Origin: Macrostomum lignano | Taxonomy: Eukaryota | NCBI GenBank assembly: GCA_002269645.1 | Contig: NIVC01002298.1 | Span: 87,970-151,969, forward strand | Length of the DNA: 64,000 bases | Direction: 5' to 3' | Shown: positions 13,482-28,236 of the stretch, one piece after another | Numbering within the stretch: position 1 is the stretch's first letter | Layout: each line of letters opens with the position of its first letter | Translations under genes and position numbers: made by a program | The notes under the pieces: generated by a model | Seen by the model: the letters and a program-made list of their open reading frames with translations, nothing else | The model's database searches: none | What the model was told of the DNA's origin: nothing

Positions 13482-13766
13482 CGTTTAGACGTATTTTTCT
13501 CAACTGAATTAATGCGAGTGCAGGCTATAAGTACATTTGATTCTGTCTTGCCACTGCCTTCAACGCTTGCAGGGAAAGAGGATCCAGATTTATTGTCTTA
13601 CAAGAAGTGTCAATAAGGCTGGGAAGTTATGGCTGATTTTTTGGCCTCCAAACCGCACCCCTCCAGTCACCGGAATTTCGATCTATATTGATTTATATTC
13701 ATGCCTGTGCATGCACTTTTAGCATTTGAATGAGTCTTTGGATATTTTTCTAAGTCTTTAGCATGT

Positions 13767-14071
13767 GCACCCTCTACGCCTTGGGGGTTGGCCCTCATGG
13801 CTGTGGATCGCACCCTCTGCGCCATGGGGGTTGGCCCTCATGGCTGTGGATCGCACTCTCTGCGCCTTGGGGGTTGGCCCTCATGGCTGTGGATCGCACC
13901 CTCTGCGCCGTGGGGGTTGGCCCTCATGGCTGTGGATCGCACTCTCTGCGCCTTGGGGGTTGGCCCTCATGGCTGTGGATCGCACCCTCTGCGCCTTGGG
14001 GGTTGGCCCTCATGGCTGTGGATCGCACTCTCTGCGCCTTGGGGGTTGGCCCTCATGGCTGTGGATCGCAC
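13767..14071 (+). repeat. 43-bp tandem array, about 7 copies
   Basis: Unit gcaccctctgcgccttgggggttggccctcatggctgtggatc; a single near-identical copy sits at 57191-57228. Confidence 0.95.
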
Positions 14072-16005
14072 AACAATCGCCCGACCAATTTTAGTGCACC
14101 AGACCGAAGAGTGCAGCCAGGTCCGGATGAATGGATTCGAATCAGGGGTCGTGGAGTGAGAGTCAAGCGTTTATTGCCTCTTTATGCAATTTTTATTCTT
14201 ACTGGTTAGATTAGCCAACCATGGTGCGTACTTATCCAGTGGATAGATGAGTAATCCCCTGAGTTACTGGAGCTGAGCATGGACCAGCCAGCACGGCCCT
14301 GTCAGGCCAGACGTCATTAAATTAAAATGGCACAAGCCATGAGCTCCATTTCTGCTTTTGCCAGGGGTGCAGGCCCTGCTCCTGCGATCAAACTTGGAAG
14401 TTTGGAGTGTAAAAATAGCCACCTCCGCGCTTGCAATATGCGCTAGCTGGAATTCATGCATTCCGCCATATAATTTATTGCGTCTCAATGAATAGCTGAT
14501 TTGAACTCAAGCAGCAGCCCAGCTCAGCATCAACGGTAGGGAAGGGGGTGGACCATTTAGGTCCTGAACTGCTTGCCCCGGCACACCATCACTAAAAATA
14601 GTCCTTGCCTGCATGCAGTGTCTGTAGGGATTTTTATTAAGTAACAAAACTTCGACTGACGGGGCTAAAAATACAGCCCGAGCAGTTCTCAGGGGAGCCG
14701 AAACGGGAAGAAACTCGCGGGCTTCGGGGCGTGGCAAAAAACTCCAAAATCTTCCCAAACCAAACATTGACTGAGATTGTTTCCCATATCCCCTACTCGA
14801 ACCCTTGGGGAAATTTTTTCTCGCAAGAATTTCCCGATTTCCGGAAGTGACAAAACTCCGAGGAGACGGGCTCTTTCGGGTGAGAAGGCGCGCCCAGAAA
14901 GTGCTTCCGGCTGCGGGATCGGCGAGTCCGGCAAATAACAGAAACTTTTAGGAAATTGAAAACTGCGATTATTCTGTCCAGCTACCCGGGCTTCATAAGT
15001 TAGGCGGAGTCACGCTTCATATTCTCCCGATCCCAATCTTTGCCTTTTATTGATTTGATCTCGAACTGCTCGCGTCTCGCAGTTGGCAGGCAGGAATAAG
15101 TAAATATTAAACAAGTCAGACGTCACTGAGAGCGCACGTCTGAGTACTGCTGCAGCACTCACTAAATCTGCACTAATCAATAACAGGTTGAGCTTTGTCT
15201 AACTGTTTCTTTAATTATAGTTTTTTTTAAACAAAAACTTGGATTTTCAATAATTAAAACAAAAAAGCGCTCACACAGGGATGAAGCCCCAATCGTTGTT
15301 TCTATCCGAAATTTGGAGCAGCATGTGATATCTTTCAAGAGATTTTGCATATGTGGTTTGGCTGACTACCCAGCAGGTGTCATATAGAAGTGTAGCCACC
15401 GTCTAACCCAGATTGAGTACAGATTGATTGGCTTACGTGGACTTCATTTCAGTCCCGGTGGTTTGGGCCTCGATATGTGTAGTCGAATCGCTGCTTTTAG
15501 TCAGAGGCAGATTCAGAGAGGCCGTCGCGCTATCACGTGGCTGCTTCAACAGCATCCGGTCTCCCCTCTCCTCCTCTCTGTTATCCTCCAGGGGAGAATA
15601 AGTGCAGCTCACTTCATGCCTAATAAGGCGCGAGAGCGGACACCTTGCAATGCAGCCCAGCCCCGCGGCTACAGCTCGCATTCTCCAACTCATGGCTCTC
15701 CCACCGGGTGCAAGAAGAGTGTGAGATGGATCCTGGGGGGTAGAGGGCAACTCCTTGAGCATGTGGGCCAAATCTGATTTTCGGATAACCCGAAAGTATG
15801 GAGAAGAAAGGACCCAAGAGATTGGGTATCATGCTTGAGCAGTGAGGGAGCAGAGAAGGGTTGAACCGTAATAAAAATAGGCGAAATTGGCAATGAGGGC
15901 AGCAAAGGATCCTCAGCCCGCGCTGCACTTCTGCGCCCCCCTAGAAGACAACGAAAAACTGCTGTTATTACTTTCTGTGTACAGCTTGTTGTATTGAGGG
16001 CCGTG

Positions 16006-17138
16006 CAGGGCTGGGCGAGTACTCGGTACTCGGGATACTCGGTACTCGGGATACTCGGTACTCGGGATACTCGGTACTCGGTACTCAGGATACTCAGTAC
16101 TCGGTACTCGGGATACTCGGTACTCGGGATACTCGGTACTCGGTACTCAGGATACTCAGTACTCGGTACTCGGGATACTCGGTACTCGGTACTCAGGATA
16201 CTCAGTACTCGGTACTCGGGATACTCAGTACTCGGTACTCGGGATACTCAGTACTCAGTACTCGGGATACTCAGTACTCGGTACCCGGGATACTCAGTAC
16301 TCGGGATACTCAGTACTCGGTACTCGGGATACTCAGTACTCGGTACTCGGGATACTCGGTACTCGGGATACTCGGTACTCGGGATACTCAGTACTCGGTA
16401 CTCGGGATACTCAGTACTCGGTACTCGGGATACTCAGTACTCGGTACTCGGGATACTCAGTACTCGGTACTCGGGATACTCAGTACTCGGTACTCGGATA
16501 CTCAGTACTCGGTACTCGGGATACTCAGTACTCGGTACTCGGGATACTCAGTACTCGGTACTCGGGATACTCAGTACTCGGTACTCGGGATACTCAGTAC
16601 TCGGTACTCGGGATACTCAGTACTCGGTACTCGGGATACTCAGTACTCGGTACTCGGGATACTCAGTACTCGGTACTCGGGATACTCAGTACTCGGTACT
16701 CGGGATACTCAGTACTCGGTACTCGGGATACTCAGTACTCGGTACTCGGGATACTCAGTACTCGGTACTCGGGATACTCAGTACTCGGTACTCGGATACT
16801 CAGTACTCGGTACTCGGATACTCAGTACTCGGTACTCGGGATACTCAGTACTCGGTACTCGGGATACTCAGTACTCGGTACTCGGGATACTCAGTACTCG
16901 GTACTCGGGATACTCGGTACTCGGGTTACTCAGTACTCAACAACTCGCAACTGAAGTGCCAAGTTTTAAGGTCAACGGAACTGAAACATTGAAAGCAAAA
17001 TGCACGATTTTCTTTCCTAGAAAAGACAGGAAATCAACTTTCAAAAAGTGACTTTTCTCCAGCGAAGTTGAAGATTAAAAAAAGAAGCTGCACAGCTCAG
17101 TACTCGGTGCTCGGAAGCAGCTTACTCGCCAAGCCCCG
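16006..17138. mobile_element. Probable hAT-like MITE with an internally amplified subterminal repeat
   Basis: Imperfect 16-bp TIR cagggctgggcgagta / tactcgccaagccccg (2 mismatches); tactcgg motifs near both ends. No 8-bp TSD found. Confidence 0.5.
16018..16937 (+). repeat. ~23-bp tandem array (tactcgggatactcagtactcgg) built from 7-9-bp subunits
   Basis: Read directly; ORF 15994-16992 is its translation. Confidence 0.95.
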
Positions 17139-18122
17139 GACCACATGCGCTATGTTTCAATCAGAAATGGGACTTTTTTAAAAAAGATCAAGGATGCAAC
17201 GCAAATAGGTTGGATAGATCCATAGTGACCTATTTATTAGCAGTTTTAAACAAACTGGTAACTCCTTCGTGCATTTTTCGTATGATTTCTAGTTTGAAAG
17301 TTTACTAAAACAATCTTAGCGGAAAATCAGTGAAGAAAATAAAGATTAAGGAGATTTCGTCACACCACTGAGCCCTTTAAGACCGGTTAACATTACCGTC
17401 AGATTGTTCAAATCAATGTGCAGTTGGTTCAGATTAGTCTTCGGACATCGCAGCTGCTGATAAAGTTGTTGGACTACGAGTAGGTTGAAAACTTGGAAGA
17501 CTTGGAGCTGTCTTGCATCCGGTTTCTACCATATAGAGGTCCTTGGTTGAAATTGGAACACATTTATTTATGAACCAAAAACGAACACCAATACACAAGC
17601 TAGTTAAACAAATTATGCTATGCTGGACTTGCCTCCAAGCGAGAGAAATGCGGACGTCAATGCGGATTACACTGTACATCACTGCGGCTTCAAGCGGACT
17701 TATTTACAAAGCAAGCGTTTTGGCACCAGTTTTCACCAGAATTGAGTTGCTATGCATGTTAGCGCAGTGCATCAGTTCAATAAAATATTCGACTTTGCAT
17801 TGCCTTGCAGTCTGTGTGCATAGCAGTCTGTGTGCCAGAGAAAAGTCACAGAATGGTCAGCTATGGAATTCAGCCATGGCAAATTTGGTTGATGGCGCAG
17901 TTAAGCTTGAGCAGTGTCCAGTGGAAAGCTGAATTCTATTCTTGGATAATTTCTATACATTATCCGAGCTCAAATCCCAGCTTAGGGGACAAGCAAAGGA
18001 AGCGACGAAGTGTCCATGGCGCTTGGGGTGCCAGGCGCCGTCTAAGCAGGTTCCGCTACAGACTCCGGCGCTGTGTTCTGCTGCACCCTGAAGACCAAGC
18101 CCAGTCTGACCGCTGCGGACCG

Positions 18123-18821
18123 TCAGGTCAGCCTCAGCGCCGCGCCATAGCTGGCCGACATTGACTGCCGCTTGGCCACGGCGCAGCAGACGCTGCCGGC
18201 CAGCAGCAGCCCGAAGCTGACGGCCAGGCCCACCGCCCCGCCGATCAGGAGTCCTCGGTTTGGCTGCAGCGGCGGCTGTGGCTGCGGGGTTTCCGCTGCT
18301 GCCTGTAGCTTCCGGTTCTTCGCCGCGACATCCGCAGCCGTGGCCTCGCCCAGGTAAACTGACAGGCTCAGCGATGCAGCGATGAAGCCGCACAGGCCTA
18401 AAATGAAGAGGCTGAGCGAGCCCAGGTGATACAGCCGGTGACGCAGGGGGATTTGCTGACGCTGCAGCTGTTGATGCTGTTGCGATGGGTGCCGTCTCGG
18501 CTGCTGACGCGACTGTAGCTGAAGCTGCTGCTGCGTGTGCAGCGGGCACGCCGCAGGCAGGTTTCCGTCCGGCTGCTGCATGCCGCGGAGTGCCGCCTGC
18601 CAGCCTCTCACTCGGTGCGCTTGTCCGCTGGCTCTCCGCTGCCGCAAAGATTCTGAGAACAGCTCTGGCCGGCGCTCCTGCGTCCAAAATAGGCAGAAGT
18701 GTCTGTCCGGGCCTTCTGTTCCATTCTCGGCGCGCTTTTGTCGGCGCCGGTCTGGCGCCTGCGCCATTGGCTGGACTGGGACTGGGGGCAGCAGGGGAAT
18801 TCTTAAGTGCCGAGAAGTCAT
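18123..18821 (-). CDS. Probable single-exon small membrane protein with two TM helices and a Gln-rich N-terminal half (232 aa; alternative start 18767)
   Basis: GC-rich island with high GC3 in this frame; hydrophobic helices LGSLSLFILGLCGFIAASLSLSVYL and GLLIGGAVGLAVSFGLLLAGSVCCAVA. No family recognised. Confidence 0.55.
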   Translation of the reverse strand: MTSRHLRIPLLPPVPVQPMAQAPDRRRQKRAENGTEGPDRHFCLFWTQERRPELFSESLRQRRASGQAHRVRGWQAALRGMQQPDGNLPAACPLHTQQQLQLQSRQQPRRHPSQQHQQLQRQQIPLRHRLYHLGSLSLFILGLCGFIAASLSLSVYLGEATAADVAAKNRKLQAAAETPQPQPPLQPNRGLLIGGAVGLAVSFGLLLAGSVCCAVAKRQSMSASYGAALRLT

Positions 18822-18974
18822 TGGCTGCGAAGCCTTAAGTCCATTTTGTACAGTGCGTTCATTATCAGATTGCCAATAATTTTCTAAATATGGTTTTAAT
18901 TGAATCAGTAATTACATTATGAATTATGTGTGAATGTACAGTATGCGTTTTTAGCCAGTACTGCTTATAGACAT

Positions 18975-21410
<2,436 letters not shown>

Positions 21411-21754
21411 ATGCATTGGTTTTAAGTCAGATCCGATGCCTTTTAGCCACACTTTATAACTTACGAGTGGCTTCCAACGGGCAGGCCTGCATCTTTAACC
21501 TGACACCGACTTAAAAATGCAAAAAATAAACTTATTGCGCAGTAAAAAACATGCAGCGAAGCATGCAAGCGAAACGCAAAAGCTTCCCGAGTTTCTTTGC
21601 GCGGAATCGGTCAGGTTTTACTGTGTAAACATTTGCTTAGTGCAGCTCCTTTTACAGCTGCCCTGATTTCAGCATTAATTATTCCTGCACTGCCTCTGTT
21701 GTGCTGCTTCGGAGAGCGCAGGGTGCGCTGGCTGTTGGAGGGAATTAAGGCAAA

Positions 21755-22126
<372 letters not shown>

Positions 22127-24324
22127 TCAGTTAGCAAATGCAGGTGTGAAAAGAGCTGGCGAATTCCCGTGCGGTGACTCACTGACTGGACTCATTTCGC
22201 ACTCCCGCAGCTGGTCAAAGTCCATATTTTTCTGCGGTCAACCCCCATCTGACGGCTGGGGTCGATTGCTTGATTGATGCGTGCGAACTGCCCCTTCTCG
22301 GCCTGCCGGTATGCTGCGGTGCTCAGACTGACTTCACACAGCTGCGCCACCCTTGACTTAGGAATTCCGCGGTGGGAAAAATTCGCATATTGCTTCATCG
22401 GTCTCAGTCGGCTCCCCTGTGTGAGGTCTGATTTATTGGAATTTTCGGGATCGGACGCGGCCTTTCAATTAATTTGACCTGCCCAACTTCTGCCACTTCG
22501 CGGTTGGGGAAAAAGATGGAATTAATCACCGACTTACAAGCAGGCAAGGTTTTGTTTCGGGCGAGCGATAATTCTTTGGCGGGAAAGCTGGAGCTGTTAG
22601 TTTAGCATTAGAAGTTTAAGAAAACTCCATTCTAAACTCCTAATGCGAATTTAAAAACTGGCATAAACCATGCAGTCCAATATAATATGAATCGTATTGT
22701 TAAATGTTATTGAAGTATGCTCAGTGTGACTGAGTATCTATTCGGATTGATCTTTTCTCGTAATAAAGTACTCATAAGACGATTAAGCTCAATAATTAAG
22801 TCATGTGTATCAAACTAAACGTCAGCAAATTATAGTTACATGAAGATGAAGGTGGCGAAGCCAGGATTTTTTTCAAGAGGATGTTATACAGAAATACATG
22901 TACATGTATGAAAAGCATATGAAAGTGTTCAGAAAACTGCTAAAAGAAGAAGATTGATTTTCAGTTCATGGGCTTGTGCCACTAACTATATACGGGTAGT
23001 TAAACTACAGAAAATGAGTCCTCGATCGATACATTAATAGTTGAGACTAATTAAAACTTTCGTATTTATATCAAAGTCAACAAGCTCTTCAATAGAAGAT
23101 AACAAGCAAAGTTAAGATGAAAAGTAAGACGAACTAGATTAGTTTTAAGACCGGTTTTCTAATTTTGGAACGATAAAAACTGGCAGGTTGCAGACATGCA
23201 TAGGGAAATTTTGTTGCATGATTGCTTTACAGTAATACTGATTTGAAACACTTTACATGAATCTGGCATAGAAAGTATTGAAAGAAAGTACAGAAAGCCG
23301 GTAAAAAGTATTACAATAAAATAACAATTTCTTTAAGGAACATAAAATGTCGTAAACTGAAGATTAAAACTCACTAGATATATATTGAAGAAACAGTTAA
23401 TTTTTCAAAAAGAGACAACAACTAGTAGGAAAAATAGCTATTTTTTCTTTTCAGTTTTTTCGTGTTCTTATATTTTCCAGGAAAGTAAGATTGCTACCGC
23501 GCTCATTTCCGCGCTTGGTTCTTTGTTCGACAAATCATTTGACATTTTAAAGGCCAAAACCTCTCAGGTATTGTTAGTTTTCTTCCTTTAAGTCGTCTGA
23601 AAAAAGCTGTTGCATTATATGTTCCTTTTCTTAGCTGAAGAATTCATTAGTTTTTTGTTGAATTTATTTCTTGTATTTTTGTTTAGTTATCAAAGAAACG
23701 TAATGAAAAAATAGGGTTGTAAAGGAGGGCTAGCCTTAGGCCCCTACAATTACGTGGCTACGTGCTTAATGGTATGTCACTAGGGCACAAATAGGTTAGG
23801 TTTATTATTTTTGAGTGGTAGCTAAATTGGTTTTCTGGGCGGGTAAAGCAAGCGGGCTTTAGCCGTTTTTAATGGCTGAGCAACCTGCCTCGCTGCCCCC
23901 CTTTTTTATCGCCCCGACCTTGTACTTGTGCTTGCTTTTACGCGCTGTACATATGTGCTCTGACTCAATACCCATAATCCCCAGTGTGGGACTATGTTTT
24001 AATATACATTGCTCCGCTTAACGCAAGAGGGCACTGCTGCTGCTTCAAATTTATCATTTTTGCCACAATATACTTGAAAAATGCGGGCCCTACTTGCTTT
24101 GGGGCCTGCCTTGCTGTGCTCGATTGCCCACTTGCTCATCTCTGTTCTTCCCCACCTCCACCTCTAGACATTAATTAAAAAATTCAAATTAACACTTGAC
24201 AGACTTGACCATAATTTTTAATTTCAATCAGCATTTACAAAATATTCTTTCTTAGTATGACTAAGCCAATATAGTTGTCAACTTTGGTTCATAAATTTAT
24301 TTCTTAGAACACATTATATAAGCT

Positions 24325-24668
24325 ATTGAGGTGGGGGTGGAGAAAAAATTATTATGGTGTCTTTGGCAGTTTGAACACTGGTAATAGGCTGCTAACACCA
24401 GTTAGGCAGGTAGATTTCATGTTTGAACTGCCGCCTGTGTTGTCTTGGCACTTGTTAAGCTAGAAAATTTCACAAATAGATGTGTTTTAACTTCTCCTTG
24501 ATACTCCATCTGCTGGGTCCTCAATTCTGGGGGAAGGTAGTTGTAATTGCAGTTGAATAGTCTTTTAGTGGCACAGTCATTCCAAATTGGTCCTCAGACA
24601 CTGTAAAATTTGTGATCTGTTGATATGCTCAGTTTGTTACTCTTAGTAGCAAAGTAGCATTGCCACCA
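24325..24668 (-). mobile_element. Old CpG-depleted fragment homologous to 28775-29090
   Basis: Manual alignment: about 90% identity outside CpG sites; the CpGs of the other copy are converted to TG/CA/TA. Confidence 0.8.
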
Positions 24669-27638
24669 GCATAATTTCGTATTATGGAATGATAGAGGTC
24701 TCAGAGCTTTCTTTGAGTTGAGACTAATTGGTTATTCTATACCCCATGGGCAAATGACTCAATAGAGACTAAAAGGCTTTGATTAGGAACAACTGAATAA
24801 ATGAATAAATTTTGGCCGTAGCTTATTGTTATTATTATTTGCGCAATATAAACAAATAATAATACCTGGTAATAATGAAAATTACTTCCTTAGCTCCTAT
24901 ATTGTATACTAATATATGCTATTAGACTTTTATTACAAATGAAAATAAATATGCCAAATAAAAGATAAAAAATGACAATCAATATTTTAGGCTCATAATA
25001 TTTTAATCTTTTTAAAAAAGATAATTAAAAATTATTAATATTTACTTAACTATGACTTTAGTCAGAATCAATTTATTTTAATTACATGTATTTTAGATTA
25101 TAGAATTATATTATTAGAAAAGTTAAACACAATTTCTTTTTGATATTTTTTTATTTTTGATCAAAATTTAGTTATTCTATCTATGCACATAGTCAGATAG
25201 ACTACCCCATAGTTTGGAAGGCAACATGTATATCATGAAATCGTGGTATACAACAAGGGTACTTGCTATTTTTCAGTGTACATCAGCATACATCTCAATG
25301 TATATAATAATAGAAAATTTTTGGCTTATATCTGTGGCATAGCTACATGCATGTTAGAATCAATTAAAGTGACTTTATGTAAATTAAGCTACACGCAACA
25401 CTATCAACATGGAACACAGAATAATGAAAAAATTTAAACTTTTTGCCATAAAAAACCTTTTTTCTCTCCTATTTTTAGCAAATAAAAAGTATTTTATTTT
25501 ATAATTGTCTTTTCTCCATGCACATTGCAAAAGTGTATAATTTTAAGTTTGTTAATCTACATAAATAATGAATTCAAAGAAGGAAAAATGTGTACAACTT
25601 AGGTATACATAGTTGAAAACATTTTTGTCCCAATGTACAAATGTGGTCATATAGGCTATTTTTCTTCTACTAGTCCTGGCATACACTAATACACAATCCA
25701 AACTATGGAGACTACCAAGCTTGAACTTATTCATTTTTTGTACACTAACTATGTACATTGATAAGGACTTGGAACTTGGTCTACCTACTATTTATATGCC
25801 AAGCAGCCAAACTATATACCAATAAGTTTGCCAAGCCTTTTTGTACACCAATTTTTGTATATCAATTTGTATATATTTGTATATATTAGATCTCTCTAAG
25901 TCTCTATATGCTGATATCAAAGCTTTCCACGGCAGACGGGATAAGTTGGCAAGGTCATTGGAGTTGTTGAAGTCAACAACACAGCATCTAGGGTTGTCAG
26001 CAATGGCCTTCTGTATAAAACGAAGTCATGTATTATTGCTTTGGTTTAGAATCAACTTCCATACAACTACATGTACCATAATTCAACTGAATATCAATAA
26101 AATCAGCATGAATTAGGGAACATTGTGTCGCCTTTTGTGTTCTCACTAAGCCGGGAAATCTTTAAAGGTAGCTCCAATCTTCCCAGTCCTCAAAGTCAAG
26201 CTGCTCTTCAAATTCACAAAGCCATTTCATCTTTCTCTGGTGCATGCTGCTTTTAAAATGTATTTTGGAAAAGCAGGAAAGCTGAAACTGAACAGAATTA
26301 GAAATAATTTTTAGTATATAGGATGTTAGTTAAAAATGGCAGTAAAGCAATGTTTGGCAGTAAAAGTCGCACAACTTAGCCTATCTTTCCTAAAGAGTTC
26401 GAAAAGCCTTTTTTTCAACTAAAGAGAAAGAGAAGAAAAGTGAGATCTTAGGCATATGTAGTTATAAAAACAACTATAAGAGTACACACTCTAGAAATAC
26501 ACACTCTAGAAATATATACTAAGAGATTGTAGGAGTATAGCTATAAATTTAATAGAAATGAAATGAAGCAGAAAAGTACAAAGTAATTGTATATAGCATT
26601 ATTAAACATGCACAAAGCACCACAACGTTCTTAAAAATGAAGTAATAAATGGACTTCTCGTATTAAAAAATGCATTAATATACACTTGAGTATAGCTTAC
26701 TAATAGTAAAACATAGTTTTCAAAGGACGAGCAAATTGGCAGGTTAGAGGGGACAGAGCAGGTTCGAGGGGACAACAAAGAATGGACAAATAGACAAATA
26801 TGAGTAAATAGACAAACCCGAAAACACAAAGCAGCGAATTATATGATGACAGAAAAGTCAGCACACATGGCTGGGACAAGTCAGACTCATTAAATTCCCA
26901 AAGTGAAGATATTCACAAATTCACAATGGAATGTCACGACAAGTAAAGAAATGAAGTGACACGATGGAAGTTAAGCACAACTGTGGTCGATAGATTATTT
27001 CTTGGCACGCTTGAAATGACTCTTCCACATATTGATGAAGCTGTTCATTTGGTCGTTGACTTCGCGTCGCTGTTCTGCGGTAAATCCTCTCAGGGTCGCG
27101 TGAGTTTTCACATGCGATGAGTAAGCCCGCTTACTTGGCTTAACTGGGCTCCTGCTCTTTGGTCCGTTGTTTGTCAACAGCTCTTTGATTATCAAATTGA
27201 TTTTTTGCCCAATGCTCGAGTCCATCTTCCCAATGGATGCCCTCCGCCTTTTTTAGAATTTCTTCACTTTGGGAATTGCCGCATGTCCGAAGGACTACGC
27301 TGACTAGGCTGGCTTTTTCTTTGCTAGATTAGCCACGTCGGCATCTGACCTGCGGCTGTCGTCAGCACTCCGTCGTCGGGAATTACCACGTGCTGGAGAG
27401 GTAAAGCTGACCGTGCTTACTCTTTTGTGTGCTGGACTAGCCACATCGTCATCTGAGCCGCCGCACTCGTCAGCACTCGTCGTCGGAGCAGACCGGGCTC
27501 TCGTTGGGATCAGCAATTACGGCGGATTTGCCTTTAGAAAAAGAAGAACGTGGCTTTGCCTCGAAGGACGCACTGCTCGATTCTCTTACAGCAGTTTTTT
27601 GGCCTTCATGGATGAGACAGAACTTTGAAACACGTTCA

Positions 27639-28011
27639 CAGCCGCATCGCGTCGAGGCTTGTCTTGTACTGTTGGCGACAAGCGGCGAGAACTTGAGGAA
27701 GCGACGTTAGCAGCCGCATCGCGTCGAGGCTTGTCTTGTACTGTTGGCGACAAGCGGCGAGAACCTGAAGAAACGACGTCATCAGCCGCATCGCGTCGAG
27801 GCTTGTCTTGTACTGTTGGCGACAAGCGGCGAGAACCTGAAGAAACGACGTTAGCAGCCGCATCGCATCGCGTCGAGGCTTGTCTTGTACTGTTGGCGAC
27901 AAGCGGCGAGAACCTGAAGAAACGACGTTAGCAGCCGCATCGCATCGCGTCGAGGCTTGTCTTGTACTGTTGGCGACAAGCGGCGAGAACCTGAAGAAAC
28001 GACGTTAGCAG
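27639..28011 (-). repeat. 72-bp tandem array (5 copies) encoding 24-aa repeats on the minus strand
   Basis: Period 72 at 27639/27711/27783/27855; the last two copies carry a 5-bp gcatc duplication; peptide SPTVQDKPRRDAAANVASSSSRRL. Confidence 0.93.
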
Positions 28012-28218
28012 CGTTGAGTGGATACTCCGTTGGAAGAATTGTTGACGCTGGCCTGAATGAGCCGTCAGAAATAAATTCACTGTCGTGTTGACCCTTAATC
28101 TCCGCCCTGGAAAACGAATAATGAAGTACAAAGCAAAAGATAAAAGAATCAGAAGACAGAAAAGGCAAGTGAAGTACAGGTGTCTAGTTGGTCTGGAGAT
28201 GGCCTGGTAGGTCTTGAA

Positions 28219-28236
28219 ATCCCACCGCTGCCACCA
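28219..28236 (-). promoter_or_regulatory. Primer-binding site complementary to the 3' end of tRNA-Leu
   Basis: Plus strand atcccaccgctgccacca equals the 3' 18 nt (including CCA) of metazoan tRNA-Leu(AAG/TAG type) as I recall it. Confidence 0.8.

Noticed and set aside
15433-15928. Minus-strand ORFs of 102-112 aa
   Set aside because: No recognisable motifs or codon bias; insufficient support.
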